Assembly (NCBI GenBank): GCA_964019425.1
Contig: OZ025789.1
Location: 744,001 to 808,000, forward strand
DNA from: Flectonema sp. DT1601
Taxonomy: Eukaryota
DNA length: 64,000 bases
Direction: 5' to 3'
In this document: in pieces, positions 35,633 through 47,098 of the stretch
Position numbering within the stretch: the first letter of the stretch is position 1
How the letters are laid out: each line of letters opens with the position of its first letter
The notes under the pieces: generated by a model
The model's input: only the letters and a program-made list of their open reading frames with translations
Database searches by the model: none
What the model was told of the DNA's origin: nothing
Position numbers and translations under genes: made by a program

Positions 35633-35810
35633 GTGAACGGATTCTTATTCTTTACCCAAAAACACTCCGCGTTTAAGTGAAGTCATGTAAGAACAGAGAG
35701 AACAAGAAGAACTACACTCACTATGGGTTTGAACAATAAAAACAACAAAAATAAACATTCTAATTGGTTGGTGTGTATCAGTTGCCATGCCTCAGCACGA
35801 CAACACTAGG

Positions 35811-35844
<34 letters not shown>

Positions 35845-37799
35845 GAAAAAGCGAGGAGGATAGACGTTTGTTTGAAACAAACCTAAACTATAAAAAGATC
35901 CTCTCTGTGAATATGTTTTTTCATTTATTTGTAGAATCCAGAGCAACGAAGTGCTCGAAGTGTTTTGCGATTTCTCCCTCAGTTGTAATTGTTTAGAACA
36001 TAAAGAAAGATTTCTTAATGGAATCTAAAAAACAAAAAAAAAACTTTTTTTAAACCAAATCAACCATCAAAGTCTTTGATAGGAAGTAAGACAATAAAAA
36101 AGAACGGGCAGAAGAAACCAATAAATAATTGCCAAGTCACAGTAAGTAGCGTATGATGTGTTCTCAATCACATTTCCATAAACTTACTCAGCATCAGCGT
36201 AAATAATAAAGAGACAGACCTCAATTGAAGGGTTTTAAAAAAGATTGCGTGCTTTGGGTTCAGAGAAAAGAGTACCTATGCGTATTGGGGAAAAGTCTGA
36301 CTCACAGCAGCACTCAGTTGGTTACCTATTATCGTAAAAACAAGCCTCGGATGGGATCCAACTTGTACTTGTTTCGTATTTATGAAACCCTTGGTACTAA
36401 ATGTGACAAGGTGAGTTGTAAAGGAGAGAAAAGGGAAGGAGTAAACCTCTATCTGTATCAATCACTCAAGTCAAAGTGCGACATCAACTTCAGGCGTACA
36501 ACAAGAGTAGACGTGTATTGGGCTGGGTGTCACAAGTGAGTGGATTAGTCGTTGACTACTAAAATAGAATGAATCACAAAATGTTTATCTTGAGTATGAC
36601 GAAATGACAGCAGACTTTGTGTCTCCTCATATCTACGGGTTTCGTACACAAACAAAAACCAATACTACCCGAGGTAGGTTATCATAAAAACCGAAATCTT
36701 TTTGCTCCTAAAATATTGGGGATTTCGTGAAAAAAAAAAGAAAAAATGTTGCGATTCACCTGGCTATCCCATTGGGTTACGTTCACATCATATCAGAGGT
36801 CATCTCAGACATTTCAGAGGTATCTAACTCAACTTAAAGTAGTGGAAGTGTCTTGGGCGGGGGTACCACACAGGGAGCCAACCAGCGACGGAATAGTTAA
36901 TTTACGGACTTGATAACAAAACACTACCAACACCAGAACCAAATGAACAGGAGCGAGCGCTGCACAAGTACAGCGACAGAATGTTAAGAAGTATCGAGAA
37001 ATATACAAAATAAGATTTGCGATATCTAAAAGTAGATTCAGTCATCTCTTATTTCAAAGGAGAGATTAATTCCTTCAAAGTTACGAAGGTTCGGACAGGG
37101 TGAAAAAAAAGAAAAGGATGAATATTTCCCTGCTAATAAACAAAATTTTCATAAATGAACACGTCACACAGTAAAGGTATCCTTCTTACAGGACATTGGG
37201 TTGAGGAATTCGAAAGAAAAGAACGACGAGCGTGTTCCGAAGTCATAAATAATCCAATCCTACCAGACAGTATTATCTGACTACTAATTGGGTGATGGAG
37301 GAATAGGACTTCAGATGGATGGGGGGAGGAGGTTTTTTTAATACGAAAAAAAAAAGAAAAAGTGTGATTTTCTTATATTTGACACTACTCGAATAGTAAA
37401 GCAGAAGTGCTCCCATGGCAGCTTTGAGGCGAGCAATTACGTGTCCAACTGCTGTTCGGCCTCCAATGTTCTGGGGCGGATATTATTTAATCGTGAGCTC
37501 GGGTCGAAAGGATTTCTAAAAGGCAGTTGAGATTCTCAAGGGACAATTTCGTGGGATCCGTAATCTCTCAGTAGCCACAAGAAAGGTTTTATTAAAAAAA
37601 AAAGAAAACAGCCACAGATTCCTTTACTTCGGATTACTTAATCGGAACAGTTTCTCTGCACGTTCTTTGGATGCAAATAAACTCCTCTAAGTTATTTAAA
37701 AAAAAAAAATCCATTACAGATAAAAAGAGCTTTTTAAACAAAACGACTTTTAATCTGAAATGCTTCTCAAAAGCACTTTGTGTGCAAAACAATCTAAGA

Positions 37800-37833
<34 letters not shown>

Positions 37834-38040
37834 AGAAATGTAGTTTTATTTGTAGTTGTGTTTAGTAGCGGCAATTGATTCGACACGCGTGTGTAAATGA
37901 ATTCGAAATCGAAACAACATCACAAAACTTGAGATTGAGAGATGTGGCTCAATCCATTGTGTGGTGGTGCATGGCCACTTTGATTTCGTTAACAAACGAG
38001 ATTTCGACCCTTCAGTAGGATCGATCGCTCATTTATAACA

Positions 38041-39009
38041 CTATGGGCTAGACGAAGCACTTGGTGAAGGAGTTGTTGCTTCATCAGTAATACGACATTC
38101 TCTCATTAATCGAATCCTTGCTAGTTTTGCTTCTTTTTTAAGTTGATTTTTACTTCTCGGATTAGCAACAGCTGGAGGTGGTGTTGGCCTCTCAATAATA
38201 TCCGACACAGCAAGTTTACGAATTGAATCAAGTTTATGTTCAGGTTCCAATGATCTATAATGTCTGTAAGCAGGAAGGTATTGATCCCTCGTTAGTATTG
38301 TTGAGCAGAACTCTTCTTTGTAGGTGATGTGCATTCCTAAATCCCAATATTTATATCCACAATTCTTTAATAGTGTCGCTAGTGTTATAATTTGAATAGT
38401 TCCACAACAAGAGTACTCTGCGATATCAGCAAAACCCGTCAGACTGGAATAGCAGCTTCCGATAATCATACCAAGCTCACCAGCTACAAGCTTTCCATTG
38501 GTGCGGATCTCAACGCTGATAACTCTGACTTTGTATCTGTCTTTCTTATTCAGTCGATGAAAGACTCTTTGGACTGGAGCAAAGACCCAATTCTCACCAT
38601 GTTGTTTAACAATCTTTTCCATGGTCTCACTCAAGTTTGTATTTATTGAGATCATGTAGTTGTTTTGCCGCATACTCTTCGCCTGGTTCTTTGAAACGTG
38701 AAGTACTTCAGATAAATTAGAAATCATTCTCCGGCAATGTAATTTTGGAGTTACGACAATCCGCCCGCAGTGATTGCTGCTGATGACTGCAAACCCAGCT
38801 TCGTACATTGCTGACCACATTTCGGGATCCCACTCATAGGAAATACAATAATTAGATTCACTGTTCTTTGATATCCAATCTGCGACTGCGTCCATCCATC
38901 CCATCATATCACTTCTTATAATTGGTCTGCTGCCTCTCATTTGAATAGCCGCGGGGACCTTTCTTCTGTTCACTTCTTTGGTTTCGTTCTTTATGCAGGT
39001 GTTTCCCAT
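38041..39009 (-). CDS. Leu/Phe-tRNA-protein transferase fold enzyme (Aat/ATEL1-like)
   Basis: HGENWV, LVAGELG..IGSCYSSLTGF, GTIQI, WDLGM..YK; first ATG at 39009. Confidence 0.85.
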   Translation of the reverse strand: MGNTCIKNETKEVNRRKVPAAIQMRGSRPIIRSDMMGWMDAVADWISKNSESNYCISYEWDPEMWSAMYEAGFAVISSNHCGRIVVTPKLHCRRMISNLSEVLHVSKNQAKSMRQNNYMISINTNLSETMEKIVKQHGENWVFAPVQRVFHRLNKKDRYKVRVISVEIRTNGKLVAGELGMIIGSCYSSLTGFADIAEYSCCGTIQIITLATLLKNCGYKYWDLGMHITYKEEFCSTILTRDQYLPAYRHYRSLEPEHKLDSIRKLAVSDIIERPTPPPAVANPRSKNQLKKEAKLARIRLMRECRITDEATTPSPSASSSP

Positions 39010-39402
39010 TATCCCAGGCACCGTGAGGGCCTTTCAATTCTTCAAAAAGGATGGTCTGTTGATGCTGACTTTTTTTTCAATTAAAAATGATTCTGTTTTT
39101 TTTTTAAGCTGAGTTGGAAAATAATATTAAACAAGAAAGTGAGGGAATTTAATAAAAACATTAATACTCTCTTTTATCTATTTTCTTTATTATGTTGTTG
39201 TTAACCTGCTGAGAGATAGTATGAACGCAAACAGTAAACAAAACACTGCAATACGATACAGGAAACAAAGTGCATTGAGCATTTACTAAAATATAAAATC
39301 TACAAAGTAAAGATACAGACCACCCTTAGCGGTTAACGAACTAATGAGAGACACGCTCTCAGACTTGGAAGTAATTCAAAGCAATCGACTGCTTGAAGAG
39401 TT

Positions 39403-41445
39403 TCATTTATTTAATTTCCTTAGTGGAGGAGAGAGCATTCCATTTCTGTTGCTGGCAAAGGTACTGCGGGTATCGAGCTGTACGCGAGTTGGGAAGTGGT
39501 GCCTCAAAGTTTCTTTATGAGAATGTTGTCTAACTTCACTACGAGCTGGTTCAGCAGTGGAAACGCTGCATGAAACTGAAGGGAGGCGAGAACAACTTCT
39601 TTCATTACCTTCTTCAGTCATCACTGATGGCAGTCTCGGAGGCGGTAGCGACCACCTACCATCGGGAGGTACGCAACTACGTTGCATTCGAACACTGACA
39701 GCTGGCGATCCTTCCGTACGACTTGGAGACTGCGTTACAATGTTTCCATACGCTGTCGGCAGTGGTAATGACGGAGATAACATTTGATTGAACTTAAACA
39801 CATCTTCACTTCTCTTACGACTCAACAGTGTTGGAGATAACATTTCAACATAACTCGTCCTACTGATTTCTGTAAGCATTGCCTTGTTGACTAGTTCTGA
39901 GTACTGATTAGCAGTTGTTGTTTTATTGTTAGTGTTAGGTACTTCAGATACCTTCTTGTCAGTAGTCAGACTTCCCTTTGATGGTATTAACATCTTATCA
40001 AATATCTGAGGTGGTAAAACAGGATATTGTGATCCTCTTCCTGATACAGAACCACCTCTCAGAACTGAATCTGTTTTCTTAACATTGCTGTCAGTGGTAG
40101 TCGAGTGTTGCTTTTCTTGGACCTCACCTGCTCGGCTCATCACTGATGCTGAAGATAATCGATATTCAGAAGTGATTCCAATATCAGTCACAGAAGGTAC
40201 AATTGGGTTTCGTACTGCATCCACTCCCCCAATCCCGAGAGGTGACATTGTTCTCACAGGAATAGTAATGGGGGGAACTATTGGGACCTGCATATCGACC
40301 TGTCCAATCCCAGGTGGGGAAATCGTTCTCATTGAAGGAGCAGTTGGTGAGTATATGATTTGTATTTCATCTGTTTGACGCATCGGTGGTACCAAAGTTC
40401 GTACTTCAGATAACATGTGACTGACTACTTCAGGTGATGATGTTCTCTCTGTACCAATAGAGGGAATTGATAATTGATTATCTCTAATCCTTATCACTGG
40501 AGTACTTTCATTATTAATTATCAGATCTTCAGTTGGTGTTCTTACGAAGTACTCATCGTCAGTTGGTAGTATCGGACTTTGCATACCTCCAGTAGACTGA
40601 ATTGGTTGATTAATAAATGACAAGGGACTACTATTTAGATGTTGACTGAGATAATGTTGAACAATGTCTGTGGTAGTTGATCCACTCTGTGAGACTTGTT
40701 CTAATGCTTCATTAAGAGATGCTTCACAGTTTATGATACAATCAGCGTGTTGTTGTCGTGAGATTTGATGATCTTGTTGAGCTGTACAAAGTACTTCTAG
40801 AGCACCATTGTGATTACTTTCAGCTATTTGAAGTTGCTCACGAAGTTGATTAATGTGGTTGGCTACTTGTACTCGACGTGTGTTAGTAGAATCCATTAAA
40901 ATAGAAGTATCTCTGATTGATCCTTTGATGTCTTCTATTTCTAATTCAAGACCAGTCATGGTGTCAATTAACTTAACTTCTGTGTTCATCAGAGCAGCTT
41001 CTTCCAACACTTTTAAATTATAAAGAGCCACAGATTGTATTTCACAATCATCAAGTTGTGATTGTAAGTTTTCTATTTGAGGTGTTAGATTTTCAGGTTC
41101 TTCAATTGGAGACTGTTTGTCGAGTCGTTCTTTTAGTTTAGTTTTGTTGTGTCTGGCAGCTATCAATTTGTCTTCACAGATGCCGAACACTTCATTTTGT
41201 TCTTCAAATCTAACTGTTGCTTCATCCAATGCAATAGAAGCAGCAGTGTGATTATGTGTCATATTTGTTAATCTATTCTCACTCAAGTCGTCAGGTTGTC
41301 TCGACAACGTTCGGAGTGCTGCTGAACATCGAACTCCAATCGGACTGACGACTACTACGCCAACATCAAAAATACCTTCTGAAAGCGACTGCTCCTTCAC
41401 TTTCACTAAGTCCCTCTCACATGGATGGTAACGATGTTTAATCAT
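39403..41445 (-). CDS. Coiled-coil protein with Ser/Pro-rich disordered C-terminus, unknown function (680 aa)
   Basis: Long ORF; heptad-rich N-half and many SP motifs in the C-half. Confidence 0.85.
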   Translation of the reverse strand: MIKHRYHPCERDLVKVKEQSLSEGIFDVGVVVVSPIGVRCSAALRTLSRQPDDLSENRLTNMTHNHTAASIALDEATVRFEEQNEVFGICEDKLIAARHNKTKLKERLDKQSPIEEPENLTPQIENLQSQLDDCEIQSVALYNLKVLEEAALMNTEVKLIDTMTGLELEIEDIKGSIRDTSILMDSTNTRRVQVANHINQLREQLQIAESNHNGALEVLCTAQQDHQISRQQHADCIINCEASLNEALEQVSQSGSTTTDIVQHYLSQHLNSSPLSFINQPIQSTGGMQSPILPTDDEYFVRTPTEDLIINNESTPVIRIRDNQLSIPSIGTERTSSPEVVSHMLSEVRTLVPPMRQTDEIQIIYSPTAPSMRTISPPGIGQVDMQVPIVPPITIPVRTMSPLGIGGVDAVRNPIVPSVTDIGITSEYRLSSASVMSRAGEVQEKQHSTTTDSNVKKTDSVLRGGSVSGRGSQYPVLPPQIFDKMLIPSKGSLTTDKKVSEVPNTNNKTTTANQYSELVNKAMLTEISRTSYVEMLSPTLLSRKRSEDVFKFNQMLSPSLPLPTAYGNIVTQSPSRTEGSPAVSVRMQRSCVPPDGRWSLPPPRLPSVMTEEGNERSCSRLPSVSCSVSTAEPARSEVRQHSHKETLRHHFPTRVQLDTRSTFASNRNGMLSPPLRKLNK

Positions 41446-42572
41446 AACGATTGAAGCATATCAACGTCTACCTGTTTAAGAAATAATAATAGTTCATTGT
41501 TGTCTATCTTCAAACCTAATCTATTAGAGGTAAACTCCTCGATTATAAATACCTATTTTGTGTACTAATTAAAGAAATGTTACTCAATAATAATTCGATT
41601 ATGAAAGAACCTCACAGTGAAGTAGATTTACGAAGCGATTGCACTATTAATATCAAAACTATAATAAAAGAGACAAATAAACACCTTCCTCACAGTAAGA
41701 TTGTCAACAAAGTTAACGTGTCGATACTAATCAAAAAGAATATCTAAAAAAAGTGTCATTCGATAACACGGCGGATGATAATTAAATGAAGTTTAGTAGC
41801 AATCAATTTACTGTAATCAATCTGAGAGAGTAAAAGAGAGGGGGGGAAAGCTTTTTTTAACAAATGAAGTTGTTTTCACCACGGGTTTAGATGTCCTTTC
41901 TAAGAACCGTAGAAAAATACAAAACAGATCAGTTGTTTGTAAAATAAACATCTCTCACTTTTGACATAAGTCATTTATTGATATATGTTCGGGTGATGAT
42001 ATTTTTTTTAAAAAACTAATAACCCATCATTGACGAGGGCAAAGAAAGCCTCACTAGAAAGCATCACATGTGATGTAATGCAGAAGTTCTAGTAAGACTA
42101 CTTCACAATTCTGTCTCGAGAACTGATCTCTTCGTACGTTGGCATTGGAGAGAGCAAAAATAAAAAAAATGAAAATGAAAATAATTATAGCCAAGAATGA
42201 AGAATGTGTTCCACGATAAGAATTCGCTTACCTGGCAATAGAATACACAGTTTAACGCACTAATGAGAAGGAAAAGAAGGTAGAAAAAACTAGAGAGAGC
42301 AATGTAGTCCCCAAGAAGTAATTTGATCAAAATATCTGTCGTTCGATGTTCTCTTTGAAGTAATTACAGTTTTGCGATAGAACACATACGTTAGGTACTT
42401 CTCACGTTGGTGAACTACTTTAAATGGGAAGATGACTAAAGGAAACAACGAAAGGTGGGGGCAGAAGGATTGAAGAGGACTAAACAGGAAAAGCGGAGTT
42501 ATGTTATGGGTCCTCGACTGAGATCCAACTGAAATTCAATTCGGAGAGCAACTCAATTTATTTTAACACAAA

Positions 42573-44171
42573 TTAGACTTCTTTCCAAGGACCATAGAAC
42601 CCTCCGTATCTCGACCACGCAGCTTCCTTACACTCCGGGTCTTCTCCGTGAGGAGCACTCCAAACTGTTGCTTTTTCTCTTTCCATTACTTGTTGCATCA
42701 TTGATACAACAGAAGGGTTCTGAACAGCTACGTTTGTTGTTTCATAAGGATCTGTAACAACATTGAAAAGACATCCCTCACTTGGACATTTCAGTTTGTG
42801 TGATTCGATAGGATCATTTACTGTAGTCGCATTTGGGTAATCTGGTCCACCACGAGCATTACCAGTGAGAGTCTTACCACCTGGAATGTACTTCCAATCA
42901 CCGTGAATAAGAAGTCCATCATCCACCAGAATAGTTGTTCTTGGAGAAGTATCATTCTGTCCACTAAGAAGTGGCCATAAATTCAATCCATCAATACCCG
43001 GAAGGTTTGATGATGCAGCCCATGGATCAGTAGCTGGTACTCCAACAATATTACAAAATGTTGTATACCAATCAGCTATGTGCATCATTCCTTCTTCTCT
43101 AGTCCCTCTCTTTGATTCTGGTACGTATCCACCAGACACGAAAGCATTCACACGAATACCTCCCTCAAAGGAATTGTGTTTCCCACCTCTGAGTGGCCAG
43201 TTCGAAGCACCTGCTTCTCCTTTCCAACAGGCTATCCCATGGCCGTAGTTAGAATCATCTTTTCCATCATCTCCTGTTGTGGTGTTGCAAGGACCATCTA
43301 TTGATTTTGTGTAGCCTCCATTATCAGAAGATAAAACCATTAAAGTATTGTCCCACATATTCAATTCTTTCATAGTGTCCGTCACATTCTTCAGTTGGTC
43401 ATCTAAGAATGAAACCATACTCCAGTACATCCTTTTATTCATCTGTTCCACATCCTTTAACTTATGTTGGTAACTTGGTGGTGATTCTTGAGGGTAATGA
43501 GCCACCTTAGAATCGTACTGCAGGAAGAGAGGAACTGACTGGTTGTGATTTGTGAGGATTTCGTGCATACGATCTCTGAAAATGAGCTCTTCGTAACCTG
43601 TACCGTTTAAATGATAAGCTGGCTTATCAGTGTCCCAGAAGTCAATGATGGTCCTTTCAGGGAATGACATTGAACTCTTTTGTGAACCCAACCATGCAGA
43701 CTCAGTCCACATCCAATTAGCATGACCGTAGTAGCTGAGGGAAGTATCGTATCCTCTTCCTTTAGGAGTGTGGTGAGGAGTAGTCATTCCGGCATCCCAT
43801 TTACCCACCTGATGAGTTGCATACCCAGCCTTCTTTAATTGAGCAGCGATACCTGTCATGTTACGAGGGATAGCACCAGATTTATCACAAGGATCACACA
43901 ATGTGGTCACAACGTGAATCGGAAGTCTACCACTTTGAAAAGAAGATCTCGTTGGTGTGCAGAACATATGAACGTAATGTCTGTTTAGTTCGATTCCGTC
44001 ATTCACGAATCCATCAATCGTTGGAGTCAGAGATTCACCAGATGGAGTCCTCGCACCGTGGTATCCGACATCACCCCATCCCCAATCATCAACAAGAACC
44101 ATAAAGATGTGAGGAAGTTTAGAAGCCTCACTGGCTGCGAGCAGCATCGAAAGTATGAAAGCGATCTTCAT
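42573..44171 (-). CDS. Arylsulfatase B-like formylglycine sulfatase, copy A (532 aa)
   Basis: Signal peptide, LVDDWGWGD, CTPTRSS formylglycine motif, SSDNGG, PLRGGK..FEGGIR, DPYE. Confidence 0.95.
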   Translation of the reverse strand: MKIAFILSMLLAASEASKLPHIFMVLVDDWGWGDVGYHGARTPSGESLTPTIDGFVNDGIELNRHYVHMFCTPTRSSFQSGRLPIHVVTTLCDPCDKSGAIPRNMTGIAAQLKKAGYATHQVGKWDAGMTTPHHTPKGRGYDTSLSYYGHANWMWTESAWLGSQKSSMSFPERTIIDFWDTDKPAYHLNGTGYEELIFRDRMHEILTNHNQSVPLFLQYDSKVAHYPQESPPSYQHKLKDVEQMNKRMYWSMVSFLDDQLKNVTDTMKELNMWDNTLMVLSSDNGGYTKSIDGPCNTTTGDDGKDDSNYGHGIACWKGEAGASNWPLRGGKHNSFEGGIRVNAFVSGGYVPESKRGTREEGMMHIADWYTTFCNIVGVPATDPWAASSNLPGIDGLNLWPLLSGQNDTSPRTTILVDDGLLIHGDWKYIPGGKTLTGNARGGPDYPNATTVNDPIESHKLKCPSEGCLFNVVTDPYETTNVAVQNPSVVSMMQQVMEREKATVWSAPHGEDPECKEAAWSRYGGFYGPWKEV

Positions 44172-45178
44172 ATCAATTAGACCTCACCTTGTAAGAAAAT
44201 ATAATATTTAGAATCTGAACAAAGTAACGTGGATATCAACTAGTCAGCTGTGTGTGAATGTTGTCCTGTCAAATATAAGTACAAAACTTTCTCACCAACT
44301 CTGGCCGTGTTCTTATCTCTGCCATCTGATTCTCAACTGGGCTACCGCTTCCGCTTTATTCACTATCAGCCACTGGGCGAGGGTCACGTCAACCTCCTGT
44401 TCGGCATGTGCCTCCGTCACCGCCCCCTGTTATCGCCTGAGTCCGACCTGCGTTTGAACGCAGACAGAATCCTGTCGTAAGGGAAATAAGTCATGACAAC
44501 CATAAGAAATATCAGCTTTCAATCCGAATAGTTTCTTCTTCTACATCGGTACAAACGAACAAAAAAAAAAATCGCCTAAAAAATTGGGTTGCAGGCTGCA
44601 AGCTCCGTTCACACAAGAGACATGCTTACCTTTGTAGATCAGACGGGTTTTCTTTTTAAAAGTTTTTTGTTATGAAAAGACACAACTAATATTGACGAGA
44701 GCGAAGATAGCCTCACTAGGAAGCATCAAAGAGTTGTAATGCAGAAGTCACTACAATTACTTCGCACGTTGGCATGGAGAGAGCAAATAAAATAAAATAC
44801 AAAAGATTGTCGCTAAGAATGTGAACTCCGAAAGAATTCGCTTACCTGGCAATAGAATACACAGTTTAACGCACTAATGAGAAGAAAAAGAAGGTAGAAA
44901 AAACTAGAGAGAGCAATGTAGTCCCCAAGAAGTAATTTGATCAAAATATCTGTCGTTCGATGTTCTCTTTGAAGTAATTACAGTTTTGTGATAGAACACA
45001 TACGTTAGGTACTTCTCACGTTGGTGAACTACTTTAAATGGGAAGATGACTAAAGGAAACAACGAAAGGTGGGGGCAGAAGGATTGAAGAGGACTAAACA
45101 GGAATAGCGGAGCTATTTTATGGGTCCTCGACTGAGATCCAACTGAGAACAATTGAAATTCAATTATTTTAACACAAA

Positions 45179-46777
45179 TTAAACTTCTTGCCAAGGACCA
45201 TAGAACCCTCCGTATCTCGACCACGCAGCTTCCTTGCACTTCGGGTCTTCTCCGTGAGGAGCACTCCAAACTGTTGCTTTTTCTCTTTCCATTACTTGTT
45301 GCATCATTGATACAACAGAAGGGTTCTGAACAGCTACGTTTGTTGTTTCATAAGGATCTGTAACAACATTGAAAAGACATCCCTCACTTGGACATTTCAG
45401 TTTGTGTGATTCGATAGGATCATTTACTGTAGTCGCATTTGGGTAATCTGGTCCACCACGAGCATTACCAGTGAGAGTCTTACCACCTGGAATGTACTTC
45501 CAATCACCGTGAATAAGAAGTCCATCATCTACCAGAATAGTTGTTCTTGGAGAAGTATCATTCTGTCCACTAAGAAGTGGCCATAAATTCAATCCATCAA
45601 TACCCGGAAGGTTTGATGATGCAGCCCATGGATCAGTAGCTGGTACTCCAACAATATTACAAAATGTTGTATACCAATCAGCTATGTGCATCATTCCTTC
45701 TTCTCTAGTTCCTCTCTTTGATTCTGGTACGTATCCACCAGACACGAAAGCATTCACACGAATACCTCCCTCAAAGGAATTGTGTTTCCCACCTCTGAGT
45801 GGCCAGTTCGAAGCACCTGCCTGTCCATTCCAACAGGCTCCTCCATGCCCGATGTTAGAATCATCTTTTCCGTCATCTCCTGTTGTGGTGTTGCAAGGAC
45901 CATTTTCTGGTTGTGTGTAGCCTCCATTATCAGAAGATAAAACCATTAAAGTATTGTCCCACATATTCAATTCTTTCATAGTGTCCGTCACATTCTTCAG
46001 TTGGTCATCCAAGAATGAAACCATACTCCAGTACATCCTTTTATTCATCTGTTCCACATCCTTTAACTTATGTTGGTAACTTGGTGGTGCCTGAAGGGGG
46101 TAGTGAGCCACCTTAGAATCGTACTGCAGGAAGAGAGGAACTGACTGGTTGTGATTTGTGAGGATTTCGTGCATACGATCTCTGAAAATGAGTTCCTCGT
46201 AACCGGTGCCGTTTAAATGATAAGCTGGCTTATCAGTGTCCCAGAAGTCAATGATGGTCCTTTCAGGGAATGTCTTAGAACCCTTTTCAGAACCCATCCA
46301 TTCTGACTCAGTCCACATCCAGTTGCCGTGACCGTAGTAGCTGAGGGAAGTATCGTATCCTCTTCCTTTAGGAGTGTGGTGAGGAGTATTCATTCCGGCA
46401 TCCCATTTACCCACCTGATGAGTTGCATACCCAGCCTTCTTTAATTGAGCAGCGATACCTGTCATGTTACGAGGGATAGCACCAGATTTATCACAAGGAT
46501 CACACAATGTGGTCACAACGTGAATCGGAAGTCTACCACTTTGAAAAGAAGATCTCGTTGGTGTGCAGAACATATGAACGTAATGTCTGTTTAGTTCGAT
46601 TCCGTCATTCACGAATCCATCAATCGTTGGAGTCAGAGATTCACCAGATGGAGTCCTCGCACCGTGGTATCCGACATCACCCCATCCCCAATCATCAACA
46701 AGAACCATAAAGATGTGAGGAAGTTTAGAAGCCTCACTGGCTGCGAGCAGCATCGAAAGTATGAAAGCGATCTTCAT
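45179..46777 (-). CDS. Arylsulfatase B-like formylglycine sulfatase, copy B (532 aa)
   Basis: Same motifs; near-identical to copy A at offset 2606. Confidence 0.95.
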   Translation of the reverse strand: MKIAFILSMLLAASEASKLPHIFMVLVDDWGWGDVGYHGARTPSGESLTPTIDGFVNDGIELNRHYVHMFCTPTRSSFQSGRLPIHVVTTLCDPCDKSGAIPRNMTGIAAQLKKAGYATHQVGKWDAGMNTPHHTPKGRGYDTSLSYYGHGNWMWTESEWMGSEKGSKTFPERTIIDFWDTDKPAYHLNGTGYEELIFRDRMHEILTNHNQSVPLFLQYDSKVAHYPLQAPPSYQHKLKDVEQMNKRMYWSMVSFLDDQLKNVTDTMKELNMWDNTLMVLSSDNGGYTQPENGPCNTTTGDDGKDDSNIGHGGACWNGQAGASNWPLRGGKHNSFEGGIRVNAFVSGGYVPESKRGTREEGMMHIADWYTTFCNIVGVPATDPWAASSNLPGIDGLNLWPLLSGQNDTSPRTTILVDDGLLIHGDWKYIPGGKTLTGNARGGPDYPNATTVNDPIESHKLKCPSEGCLFNVVTDPYETTNVAVQNPSVVSMMQQVMEREKATVWSAPHGEDPKCKEAAWSRYGGFYGPWQEV

Positions 46778-47098
46778 ATCAATTAGACCTCACCTTGTAA
46801 GAAAATATAATATTTAGAATCTGAACAAAGTAACGTGGATATCAACTAGTCAGCTGTGTGTGAATGTTGTCCTGTCAAATATAAGTACAAAACTTTCTCA
46901 CATTAAGATACAAACCAAAAATATGAATAACGAAAAATAACTTAAAATCTATTAAAAAATTCTCTATAAAGCCAACCGACTTACTGCTACAGTTGGTTTT
47001 TTTTTGAAAAAAAGTGAAATAAAACAAAATATTATTAAAAAAAAAAAAAAAAAAAAAATCGCACAAAAGAATAAAAGAAAGTCGCAATGTAACATCCC

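Larger units (their letters stand above)
42029..46901. repeat. Tandem duplication of the sulfatase gene with flanks (~42029-44295 and ~44691-46901)
   Basis: Shared sequence ends at ..aaaactttctcac (44295/46901); shared 3' flank begins near attgacgag. Confidence 0.92.

Noticed and set aside
19385..37865. Many short K/F-rich ORFs in intergenic tracts
   Set aside because: Translations of poly-A and poly-T runs.
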